Origin: Acidimicrobiia bacterium
GTDB taxonomy: Bacteria; Actinomycetota; Acidimicrobiia; Spongiisociales; ZC4RG35
DNA length: 64,000 nt
Direction: 5' to 3'
Assembly: GCA_035305585.1 (NCBI GenBank)
Contig: DATGOV010000029.1
Coordinates: 605-64,604 of the forward strand
Shown here: one piece after another, positions 41,443 to 49,257 of the stretch
How the letters are laid out: each line of letters starts with the position of its first letter
How positions within the stretch are numbered: the stretch's first letter is position 1
Position numbers and translations under genes: made by a program
Notes under the pieces: model-generated
Seen by the model: the letters and a program-made list of their open reading frames with translations, nothing else
Told to the model about the DNA's origin: nothing
Databases searched by the model: none

Positions 41443-41470
41443 TTGACATATTCCTATATAGGAATATAAT
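41443..41470 (+). promoter_or_regulatory. consensus sigma-70-type promoter (TTGACA-16 nt-TATAAT) with an embedded 20-bp perfect palindrome (41448-41467)
   Basis: TTGACA at 41443-41448 and TATAAT at 41465-41470. The palindrome is ATATTCCTAT/ATAGGAATAT. The arsR GTG start lies 7 nt after the -10 element. Confidence 0.6.
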
Positions 41471-41476
41471 TTCCTC

Positions 41477-41845
41477 GTGGCCAGAGCTGCAACGACCTCC
41501 GACGTCTTCAACGCCATCGCCGAACCGCAGCGCCGCCGGATCCTCACGGTGCTGAAGGACCGGGAGCAGACGGTCGGCGCCATCTCCGAGGGGCTCGGCC
41601 TCGCCCAGCCGGCGACGTCGAAGCACCTGAAGGTCCTGAAGGAGGTCGGATTGGTCGACGTGGACACGCGGGGTCGGCATCGCTTCTACCGCCTGGACGC
41701 CCGTGGTCTGCGGGAAGTCCACGAATGGACCGGCGGCTTCGAGCGGTTCTGGGGCGAGGCTTTCGACCGTCTCGAGTCGTATGCCCAGGAATTGCAGAGA
41801 AAGGAACGGAGAGATGGAACAACCAGAGACGACATACGACCGTGA
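41477..41845 (+). CDS. ArsR/SmtB-family transcriptional regulator
   Basis: DVFNAIAEPQRRRILTVLKDREQTVGAISEGLGLAQPATSKHLKVLKEVGLV, a winged helix-turn-helix. Confidence 0.8.
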   Translation: MARAATTSDVFNAIAEPQRRRILTVLKDREQTVGAISEGLGLAQPATSKHLKVLKEVGLVDVDTRGRHRFYRLDARGLREVHEWTGGFERFWGEAFDRLESYAQELQRKERRDGTTRDDIRP

Positions 41846-42290
41846 GATCGTGGTGGAGCGGTTCATCGAAGCGCCCCGCCGGTTCGTGTTCGAGGCGTTC
41901 ACGACCGACGAGCACCTCTCTCGCTGGTGGGGCCCGAACGGGTTCACGACGACGACGAGATCGTTCGACTTCCGTCCGGGCGGTGAGTGGGAGTTCACCA
42001 TGCACGGTCCGGACGGAACCGACTACCCCAATTGGGTCAGGTGGGAGGAGATCAGGCCGCCGGAACGGATAGTCGCCCTCCACGGCGACCAGCGGAACGA
42101 CCCGGAGGCCTTCACGAGCATCTTCACGTTCGCCGAGGCCGACGGGGGCACCCGGTTGACGCTCCGGTCGGTCTTTCCCACAGCACGAGCGCGCGATCGC
42201 GCCGTCACCGAGTACCACGCCGTCGAAGGGGGAGAGCAGACGCTCGCCCGACTCGACCAATACGCAGTCGATCTGTCGAAGGAGGAGTGA
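41814..42290 (+). CDS. SRPBCC/AHSA1-domain protein
   Basis: EIVVERFIEAPRRFVFEAFTTDEHLSRWWGPNGFTTT...FRPGGEWEFTMHGPDG, with AAGGA..GAG RBS. Overlaps the arsR end by 32 nt. This pairing with ArsR is common. Confidence 0.75.
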   Translation: MEQPETTYDREIVVERFIEAPRRFVFEAFTTDEHLSRWWGPNGFTTTTRSFDFRPGGEWEFTMHGPDGTDYPNWVRWEEIRPPERIVALHGDQRNDPEAFTSIFTFAEADGGTRLTLRSVFPTARARDRAVTEYHAVEGGEQTLARLDQYAVDLSKEE

Positions 42291-42291
42291 G

Positions 42292-42927
42292 ATGACGAAG
42301 GTCTTCTTCAGCGTGACGATGTCACTCGACGGGTTCATCGGCCCCGACAGCCAAGACGTCCGACAGTGGTGGCAGAAATGGTCGGAGCTGCAGGGGTGGG
42401 TCTTCGACCAGGCATTCTTCCGAGCCAACCTGCAGATGGGCGAGGGAGGCGAGACCGGCAAGGACAACGAGATCCTCGAGCAGACGTATGCGCGTACCGG
42501 TGTCAGCATCATGGGCAAGCGGATGTTCGACGCCGGTGAGCGAGGCTGGCCGGAGGAGGCGCCGTTCCACACCCCGGTCTTCGTGCTCACTCATCAGAGG
42601 CGCGACCCCTGGGAGCGACCGGGGGGAACCACGTTCTACTTCGTCAACGACGGCATCGAAGCCGCTTTGGAGCGGGCGCGGGAAGTCGCCGACGGCCGGG
42701 ACATCCGCATCGCCGGCGGGGGGACCACGATCCTCCAGTACCTGAACGCCGGCCATGTCGACGAGTTCTCGGTCGCCCTGGCACCGGTGCTCCTGGGGTC
42801 GGGCGTGAGCCTGTTCGACGGCATCGACGCCGACCGCGTCGGACTCGAGTTGGTGGGCGCCGAGCCGACCGACCACGTGACCCACCTCACGTATCGAGTC
42901 GTGGACAAGCCCGCTGCCGCCGCATGA
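42292..42927 (+). CDS. dihydrofolate reductase-family protein (RibD C-terminal domain)
   Basis: MTKVFFSVTMSLDGFIGP...IMGKRMFD...IRIAGGGTTILQYLNAGHVDEF. Confidence 0.75.
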   Translation: MTKVFFSVTMSLDGFIGPDSQDVRQWWQKWSELQGWVFDQAFFRANLQMGEGGETGKDNEILEQTYARTGVSIMGKRMFDAGERGWPEEAPFHTPVFVLTHQRRDPWERPGGTTFYFVNDGIEAALERAREVADGRDIRIAGGGTTILQYLNAGHVDEFSVALAPVLLGSGVSLFDGIDADRVGLELVGAEPTDHVTHLTYRVVDKPAAAA

Positions 42928-42945
42928 CACGGAAACACGCCGGCC

Positions 42946-43176
42946 GTGCTTGCATTGGGCCGAATGGAGGAACTGCCCCGCCTAGTCCTCGAGTACCTGG
43001 GTGAGGACGTCTACCACCTACCTCTTCCCGAGGACGACACCCGGCCGGCTTGCCGTCCGCTTCGCATCCGCGGAGTGCCGGCGATGCGCGTCCTGGCGGA
43101 ACGCCGCGGCCTCCGTCCTTGTCCCGAATGCTGGCCCGGGCTTTCAGTCCACGTCGCCTCGGGTGGAACGGACTGA
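42946..43176 (+). CDS. possible small Cys-containing protein (hypothetical)
   Basis: The 76-aa ORF has GC-rich third positions and a CRP...CPEC pattern. I recognise no homology. Its 3' end lies inside the hairpin at 43138-43182. Confidence 0.3.
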   Translation: MLALGRMEELPRLVLEYLGEDVYHLPLPEDDTRPACRPLRIRGVPAMRVLAERRGLRPCPECWPGLSVHVASGGTD

Positions 43177-43182
43177 AAGCCC
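43138..43182. terminator. long hairpin at a convergent gene junction
   Basis: GGGCTTTCAGTCC-19 nt-GGACTGAAAGCCC, a 13-bp perfect stem. It ends 6 nt before the stop of the minus-strand gene at 43188. Confidence 0.45.
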
Positions 43183-43187
43183 GCCCC

Positions 43188-43598
43188 TCATTCGGCGACG
43201 ATATGAGTCACCGGGACCGGCAGCTCCCTCGACAGACGACTGACCACATCCAGCTTCACCCAGCGGGAGACACCGGCCGCCAGAGTGGAGACGAGAACGT
43301 GGTCCCAGCGGCCCCGGTTGAAGACGTCGGAGACGGCGTAGACAGGATTGGCGTCTCCGACGATCACGTCCTGCAAGTCGATTCCTTCGGCGGCCAGCCG
43401 ACCTCGGGCCCGCTCCCCCGCCTCTGCGGCGACGGCTTCGGCCTCCCCCCTGGTCCAGCTCGCCAAGTGCGAAACCGGTGTCGCCGGGACGAGCAGCCCG
43501 AATACGGCACCGGGGTCGCTCCGACGGATGTCTCTCACCGCCTGGACGAGCCGAGGGCTGTCGGCGGTCTGATGCGCAACGATCAGGTAGCGCGTCAT
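43188..43598 (-). CDS. hypothetical protein, possibly universal-stress-protein-like fold
   Basis: 136 aa: MTRYLIVAHQTADSPRLVQAV...VLVSTLAAGVSRW. The alternating beta-alpha pattern suggests this fold. The assignment is tentative. Confidence 0.45.
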   Translation of the reverse strand: MTRYLIVAHQTADSPRLVQAVRDIRRSDPGAVFGLLVPATPVSHLASWTRGEAEAVAAEAGERARGRLAAEGIDLQDVIVGDANPVYAVSDVFNRGRWDHVLVSTLAAGVSRWVKLDVVSRLSRELPVPVTHIVAE

Positions 43599-43709
43599 CG
43601 TTCCCTCCTCCGTTCGAGCCTACGCTCGGTCGTGCGGACGCGCGGGAGTACGAACGGATCAGGCGGGTAGTTCGTCTATGAGGGCTGAACCCGAACGCTA
43701 GGGGGACAC

Positions 43710-44444
43710 ATGTACCGCTCGCTGATCTCGATACTCGCCCTGGTCCTCGCCGCCTGCGGCGGAGGCGCCGACCCGGACTCGTCGGGGCCCAGCACGACCG
43801 ACACGACCCGGCAACGAGACACGACCACTCTCCCCACCGCCGCTCCGACGACGTCCAGGTTGCCGTCGACCACCACGACCGAATCACCGACGACGACCTC
43901 GGCGGCCGCGCCGCCCACGAGCACCACTCCATCATCGCCGACCGACACGCCTCCGCCTCCGCCTCGCCCCGGCGACGACTCCGAGACCGTCACCGCGAAC
44001 GGCTTCTGGGCGGTCCGAGTCGGCGAGACTCTCGCCGACAACGAGTCCCGCATCGGCGGCCAGCTAGACGACTTCGGCGGTGACCCGACGGCGTGTCTCG
44101 TGCTGCAGTTGCCCGAAGTCGGCGGCCTCTACTTCATCGCCGCCACCCCGGACGGCGACCCCGTGGCCGACCGAGGCGAACTCGTGGTCGCACGGGTTTC
44201 CGCCGACCAGCCGGGATGGCGCACAAAGGCCGGAATCGAGGTGGGAATGGCGGTATCCGATGCGGAAACCCTCCTCGGGGACACGATCGTGGAACGCCGG
44301 CCTCACGCTTACATCGACGCCGGTGAGTACCTCGTGGTCGGAGCGCCAGAGGAACGGTATGTGTACGAATCGGACGGCTCGACGATCGTCGCCCTCCACG
44401 CCGGTCTGGAGCCAGTCGTCAGCTTCGTGGAAGCCTGCTCATGA
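43710..44444 (+). CDS. hypothetical lipoprotein with a Pro/Thr-rich linker
   Basis: Lipobox LVLAACGGG, AGGGGGA RBS, and a long T/P/S linker followed by a globular C-terminal domain. Confidence 0.6.
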   Translation: MYRSLISILALVLAACGGGADPDSSGPSTTDTTRQRDTTTLPTAAPTTSRLPSTTTTESPTTTSAAAPPTSTTPSSPTDTPPPPPRPGDDSETVTANGFWAVRVGETLADNESRIGGQLDDFGGDPTACLVLQLPEVGGLYFIAATPDGDPVADRGELVVARVSADQPGWRTKAGIEVGMAVSDAETLLGDTIVERRPHAYIDAGEYLVVGAPEERYVYESDGSTIVALHAGLEPVVSFVEACS

Positions 44445-44497
44445 TCGAGAACCCGGGAGCCAGGCCCGCGGGAATTCGGAGGTGACCAGCTAGGCAC

Positions 44498-45208
44498 GTG
44501 GATAGCCTTTCCCGGGTGCCCAGTGCTCTCTCCGACCCGGTGGTCGTGGCGTTCCCGTTGCGAGGCGAAGGCTGGGTGGCTGTGACCACGCCCGCCACGA
44601 GAGTGCCCAGCCACGGCACCGACATGTTGGGCCAACGTTACGCGTACGACTTCCTCCGCCTCGATCGGCGGTCTCGCTACCACCCCGCCGGCGTTCTGCG
44701 AACGCTGATCCTCGGGGTACCGACCCGGGAGTGCTACGCCTGGGGAGCCCCTGTCCACTCACCGGTCGACGGTGAGGTCGTCCGGGCGGTCGACGGTGTG
44801 CCCGAGAGAAGGCGAGTCCACCCGATCAGGGAGGCGTTCTCTCTGATCCGAAACGCCGTCACCTTCCGCCCCTCGAAGCTGTCCGCGATCGTCGGCAATC
44901 ACGTCGTCGTCCGATTCGGCCAGCACTACGCCGTATTCGCCCACCTAGCCCTCGGGTCGGTGAACGTCTCCGCAGGCGACCGAGTAGCCGTCGGCGACCT
45001 GCTCGGCCGCGTCGGTCATACCGGCAACTCCACCTCCCCCCACCTGCACTTCCAGCTCGTGGACTCCGCCGACCCGCTCACCGCCCGCGGCGTGGCGTGC
45101 GCATTCCGGGGCTACGAAGTCGAGCGCGACGGCACGTGGGTGCCGGTCGGGGCCGGCATTCCTCGACGAGGCGAATGGCTGCGCTCCACCGAGATGGAGC
45201 GCGCCTGA
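44498..45208 (+). CDS. M23-family metallopeptidase without a recognisable signal peptide
   Basis: GRVGHTGNSTSPHLHFQLVD (intact HxH motif) and SPVDGEVV. The N-terminus MDSLSRVPSALSDPVVVAF is not hydrophobic. Confidence 0.75.
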   Translation: MDSLSRVPSALSDPVVVAFPLRGEGWVAVTTPATRVPSHGTDMLGQRYAYDFLRLDRRSRYHPAGVLRTLILGVPTRECYAWGAPVHSPVDGEVVRAVDGVPERRRVHPIREAFSLIRNAVTFRPSKLSAIVGNHVVVRFGQHYAVFAHLALGSVNVSAGDRVAVGDLLGRVGHTGNSTSPHLHFQLVDSADPLTARGVACAFRGYEVERDGTWVPVGAGIPRRGEWLRSTEMERA

Positions 45209-45302
45209 AGGACTTCCGACTCGCCCGCCTTTGTTCGGAGATGCGGACCCGGTCGCGACAGGGCCACACCGGCATCTGCCGCTCCAGGAGGGAGAGAAGA
45301 TC

Positions 45303-45878
45303 GTGGCCGAGCCAACCAGGGTGCAGTTCGAGTCGGGAGCGCTCACATGTGTCGGCTATCTGCACGAACCACCGATCGATGAGGGACCCCGACCGTGTGT
45401 CGTGGCGGAGGATCCGAGGATCGCGGTGGTCGTCTGCCTTTCAACGGTTTCCCGAAACGGGTGGAGGGCGTCACGACAGGGACGAGACTGAAGATCCTCG
45501 GTGTGATGATCTGGGACGCCTTCCGCGGCTGGTTGGGCATGCCGCCCCGCTACATCCCGGCGGTGGGCTCATACGGAGAGCTGGCGGTGATGCCTTCGGC
45601 GGGGAGCCCAGCGCACCAGGCGCAACGAGGTCGCACCTCGCTCGTTGTGGGGGATGATCGGCTACAAGCCGAGGGATAGCGCTCGTCGGGTCTCCGCTCC
45701 CCTGCTGGTGTGCGTCGGGAACCGAGACCGCGAGACTCCCCCGGTCTCGAGAGAGATAGGCGAGAGGGCGCCGCGAGGAGAGGTGGTCGAGTATCCGATC
45801 GCCCACTTCCAGGTGTACGACCGCGAGTGCGCGAGCAAGTGCTGGCGGATCAGGTCGATTTTCTGCGCCGTCATCTGA
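45303..45878 (+). pseudogene. decayed alpha/beta-hydrolase gene (frameshifts plus internal deletion)
   Basis: Three fragments lie in two frames. The N-terminal fragment is VQFESGALTCVGYLHEPPIDEGPRPCVV. The lid-like fragment is MIWDAFRGWLGMPPRYIPAVGSYGELAVMPS. The C-terminal fragment is PLLVCVGNRDRETPPVSREIGERAPRGEVVEYPIAHFQVY. The HG...GxSxG core between the first and second fragments is missing. Confidence 0.45.
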
Positions 45879-45964
45879 CGGGAGATCGCTGAAAGGCTCG
45901 CCAGGAGGCGCCTACCCGCGCCTCGTGGCATAGGCTGATATCAGTTCCGACCTGGAAGGGAGAG

Positions 45965-46723
45965 ATGGCCAGCTACGACTTCGAAGGAAAGGTTGCGCTG
46001 GTGACGGGAGGAGCCTCCGGAATCGGCAGGGCTTGCGCCGAGGCCTTCGCCCAGGGTGGCGCGGCGGTCGTGATCGCCGACTACGACGAGGAGGACGGTC
46101 GCCGGGCGGCCGAGGAGCTTTCCTCGACGGGAGCATCCGCCTCCTTCGTCGCCGTCGACGTCAGCCGACCCGAGCAGTGCGAAGCCATGGTGCAGCACGC
46201 TGTCGACCAGCACGGCGGCCTCCACATCGCCGTCAACAACGCCGGCATCGGCGGCGCCCAAGCTCCGACTGGCGAGTATCCGATCGACGGATGGGATCAG
46301 GTGATCGGGATCAACCTGAACGGGGTCTTCTACGGGATGCGCTTCCAGATCCCGGCGATGCTCGAAGCGGGAGGCGGAGCCATCGTCAACATGGCCTCGA
46401 TCCTCGGTTCCGTCGGCTTCCCCAATTCGGCCGCTTATGTCGCCGCCAAACACGGAGTGGTCGGACTGACCAAGAGCGCGGCGCTCGAGTATTCGGCCCA
46501 GGGCATTCGGGTCAACTCTGTCGGGCCAGCCTTCATCAACACACCGCTCATCGAGGAGAACCTCGACGCGGAAGCGAGAGCGGGCCTGGTGGCGATACAC
46601 CCCATCGGCCGTCTCGGCGAACCGGAGGAGGTGGCCGCCCTGGTCGCCTTCCTCGCCTCGGACGAGGCGTCCTTCCTCACCGGCGGCTACTACCTGGCGG
46701 ACGGCGCCTACACGGCGCAGTAG
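45965..46723 (+). CDS. SDR-family oxidoreductase (FabG/glucose dehydrogenase-like)
   Basis: VALVTGGASGIGRA, NNAG, and the catalytic S...YVAAKHG motif. Confidence 0.85.
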   Translation: MASYDFEGKVALVTGGASGIGRACAEAFAQGGAAVVIADYDEEDGRRAAEELSSTGASASFVAVDVSRPEQCEAMVQHAVDQHGGLHIAVNNAGIGGAQAPTGEYPIDGWDQVIGINLNGVFYGMRFQIPAMLEAGGGAIVNMASILGSVGFPNSAAYVAAKHGVVGLTKSAALEYSAQGIRVNSVGPAFINTPLIEENLDAEARAGLVAIHPIGRLGEPEEVAALVAFLASDEASFLTGGYYLADGAYTAQ

Positions 46724-46727
46724 ACCG

Positions 46728-46967
46728 CTATTCGAGCATCGGCGGGGCGACGTCGCGCTGCTCGAGGATCTGGCGGGCCGCCTCGGCGTCCTCGGCGCGC
46801 ACTCGGATAGTGACCGGCTCGATCTGACCCAGCGAGCCGTACATCTGGGCCGCGTCGTCGACGAAGAGGAGAGCCTCGATCCCCTCCGACTCGAGGAGGG
46901 CGACAAGCAAGTCGCCTTCGAAGCGGTCCCGGGCCGTGGCTACTTCGACGAGCGCGTCGGTCATCAC
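46728..46967 (-). CDS. DUF2007-like small protein
   Basis: 79 aa: ATARDRFEGDLLVALLESEGIEALLF...IRVRAEDAEAARQILEQ. Confidence 0.5.
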   Translation of the reverse strand: MMTDALVEVATARDRFEGDLLVALLESEGIEALLFVDDAAQMYGSLGQIEPVTIRVRAEDAEAARQILEQRDVAPPMLE

Positions 46968-47009
46968 CCGACCATACCCGGACCCGTCGCATCCCGGCGG
47001 TGGGGAGAG

Positions 47010-47393
47010 CTACGGATGCGACGGCGCTGGTGGTGCCCCGTCGACATAGAAGACGACCCGGTCGGCGTAACACCACCACCAGTCCTCGCCCGGCTCGTAC
47101 GACCGGACCAGTGGATGGTCGGGATGGGTCTTCCAGTGGGCCGTGGCGTGGCGGTTCGGAGAGCTGTCGCAGCAGCCGACGTGCCCACAGTGCATGCAGA
47201 CCCGCAGGTGGACCCATCTCTCGCCGGTACGGAGGCAGTCCTCGCAACCGTCGCTGGTGGGAGTCACATCCGATGCGAGAGCGACATGGACGCAAGGATC
47301 GTTGAACGGGACCACACGTCCGATCCTACGGCACCGGGGCCCGAGCCGCTCCGTCGGACCCGGATGCGTGAGGGCGGCCACCCCGGGATTCAC
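47010..47393 (-). CDS. UBP-type zinc-finger protein
   Basis: GCEDCLRTGERWVHLRVCMHCGHVGCCDSSPNRHATAHWKTHPDHPLVRSYEPGEDWWWCY. The true start is probably internal to the track ORF. Confidence 0.65.
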   Translation of the reverse strand: MNPGVAALTHPGPTERLGPRCRRIGRVVPFNDPCVHVALASDVTPTSDGCEDCLRTGERWVHLRVCMHCGHVGCCDSSPNRHATAHWKTHPDHPLVRSYEPGEDWWWCYADRVVFYVDGAPPAPSHP

Positions 47394-47402
47394 GCAACGC
47401 TC

Positions 47403-47738
47403 TCATCCTCGACTCAGGTCGCGTACGACGGCAGCGTTGGTCGGCGCGGTCGGTTCCGAGGTCGTCGAACACCGCAACTCCACCAGTTCGCATTCCACCC
47501 CGACATATCGGTCGTCTCGGCCGATGGTCGTGCTCGCCCGCGTCCAAACGCGACGGTCGTCGACGAAATGCGGCCAATCGGGGATGTAGGCGATCGCTGG
47601 ATGGTCGAAGGCGACGAAGCGCTCGACCGTGAGCTCACGCTCCTCGACCGAGAGCAGCAGAAGCCCGACCTCACTGCGGCCCGAAGCCGTCCTTCCAGCT
47701 GGGAGGACCACGAGCCTGTCGCGCCCCCCGCGAGCCAC
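47403..47738 (-). CDS. hypothetical protein
   Basis: The C-terminal ~110 codons of the track ORF look coding (EVGLLLLSVEERELTVERFVAFDHPAIAYIPDWPHFVDD). The Trp/Arg-rich upstream part does not. The GTG start at 47738 is a guess. Confidence 0.35.
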   Translation of the reverse strand: MARGGRDRLVVLPAGRTASGRSEVGLLLLSVEERELTVERFVAFDHPAIAYIPDWPHFVDDRRVWTRASTTIGRDDRYVGVECELVELRCSTTSEPTAPTNAAVVRDLSRG

Positions 47739-47931
47739 GCCGGCGGCGAGCCGTCCCCTACACGGACCGCCACACCAGCACGGACCCGCCACCCGCCAAA
47801 CCCGCCGCCTGAACCTGACCCGAAGCCCGGACGGGCCCGACCACACCTGCCCCGAACTTCCACGTTCGGGGCTTTCTCGCGTCCAAAGGCGCCACCCACA
47901 CGCCACGACGGACAGCTTTCGACGTCAGAGC

Positions 47932-47976
47932 AACAGAAAACCCGCCTCCCAGCCGACTTGCGGCCAGGAAGCGGGT
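47932..47976 (-). terminator. intrinsic terminator of ssrA
   Basis: On the minus strand, ACCCGCTTCC-17 nt-GGAGGCGGGT is followed by TTTTCTGTT, about 44 nt past the tmRNA 3' end. Confidence 0.5.
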
Positions 47977-48019
47977 ATTTCGTCTACTCGAGTGCCACAT
48001 TTTCGTTAGCACTCGCGTG

Positions 48020-48378
48020 TGGAGGTGCGGGGAGTCGAACCCCGGTCCGCTGAGCCATCCGCGTCGGCATCTCCGAGCGCAGCCATCAGCGAGCTTTCGG
48101 CCGGTGGGAAGCTGATGGCACAGACCCCATCGACCTATCCGGAATCGATCTTTGCCTACCGGTCCCGGACCCCGATAGACGCATCCCGCTTAGCGACGCC
48201 CGACTCCGACGGTGCGGGAGCCCGCCGGGCGGACGGGCTGCTACCGAGTGTTAATCAGGCAGCCAGTGCGAAGTTGTCTTCGGCACTTGTTGTTGGTACC
48301 GGCTTGATAACGGGGCATCCGGCGTCCCCGGCTCGCTTCCGACGCTTCAACACCCAACGTCGAAACCAGTTCACCCCC
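48020..48378 (-). ncRNA. ssrA: tmRNA (ssrA)
   Basis: 5' end GGGGGTGAACTGGTTTCGACG. 3' end is a T-arm (GGGGTTCGACTCCCC) plus acceptor CACCTCC-A, with the G3:U Ala identity pair. The internal tag frame ends ...AEDNFALAA followed by TGA (48255-48257) and an overlapping TAA. smpB lies 2.5 kb away. Confidence 0.85.
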
Positions 48379-48490
48379 TCGTGTTCAGTTGTCCCAACAA
48401 GCCTACCCGGCGGGAGTATTCCCGAAAAGGCCGTAACACCACGGCACGGATGGCGACTTGTAACCGAGACAGCCACCGGAGTGGGGGACG

Positions 48491-49174
48491 ATGCGAGCGA
48501 GATGGACGTTCATCGGGGCGATGGCGGTGGTCGCCATCGCCCTGCCCGCGGCCGGCGAGGTCGACCTCGACCCTGCGGATCGGGCACTCATCCACAGCTA
48601 CAGCCCGGAAGCGATGCAACTGCTGTGGGGCACCCGTGACGATTCCAGCACGGCCCAGCCTTGCGAGATCGAAGAGGAATCGGTCTACACCTACACGGAG
48701 GAAGCTGACGGCGTGGTGATCCGCTCCGCCGACGGCGAGATCGTCACCGACGGCTGCCCTCTCACCGCCACCGATGTCCGGGGACCCAACGGTCAGGTGA
48801 ATCATGGAACGGTCGTCTCCTCGTTCGTGCACGCCCTGAAGGAGGCGGGCTACGAAGGAGGTATCGGCTGTCACGTCCGGGCGATCGCCCGCAGCGACTA
48901 CGGCAAGGGGGACCAGCAGGTGCGGACCGCCGATGCGGGCTCCGCATCGCCCGAGGTCGGCGAGCCCGAGATCGAGTTTGAGATCACGGAGACCGACTGC
49001 GCCCGACCCGAAACGGAAGCGGATACCTCTTCTCGATCCGAAGGTTCCGCTGAGGAGGGCGCCGCCGAGGCTGCTCCGGCGAAGGGAAGGGCGAACGGAA
49101 AGGGCGAGGGGAAGCCCGATTGGGCAGGGACGCCCGGACCGCCGCCGCACGCCAAAGGCAGAGGCAGACGCTGA
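48491..49174 (+). CDS. secreted hypothetical protein (4 Cys, acidic, basic C-terminal tail)
   Basis: Signal peptide MRARWTFIGAMAVVAIALPAAG. I recognise no family. The C-terminal part is low-complexity (E/A/G/K-rich). Confidence 0.5.
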   Translation: MRARWTFIGAMAVVAIALPAAGEVDLDPADRALIHSYSPEAMQLLWGTRDDSSTAQPCEIEEESVYTYTEEADGVVIRSADGEIVTDGCPLTATDVRGPNGQVNHGTVVSSFVHALKEAGYEGGIGCHVRAIARSDYGKGDQQVRTADAGSASPEVGEPEIEFEITETDCARPETEADTSSRSEGSAEEGAAEAAPAKGRANGKGEGKPDWAGTPGPPPHAKGRGRR

Positions 49175-49207
49175 GACTTCGGCACCTCCCAACACACCGA
49201 AGAGAGA

Positions 49208-49240
49208 AGAGGGCCGAGACGTCGTCTCGGCCCTCTTTCT
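49208..49240. terminator. bidirectional terminator between convergent secreted-protein genes
   Basis: AGAGGGCCGAGACG/CGTCTCGGCCCTCT palindrome followed by TTTCT, with an AGAGAGAAG tract on the other side. Confidence 0.5.
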
Positions 49241-49257
49241 GTGTGTCCTGACCGGAG

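Noticed and set aside
47739-48020. Genomic island integrated at the 3' end of ssrA
   Set aside because: Downstream of ssrA there is only a terminator and small conserved-looking genes. There is no integrase and no repeat of the tmRNA 3' end within the window.
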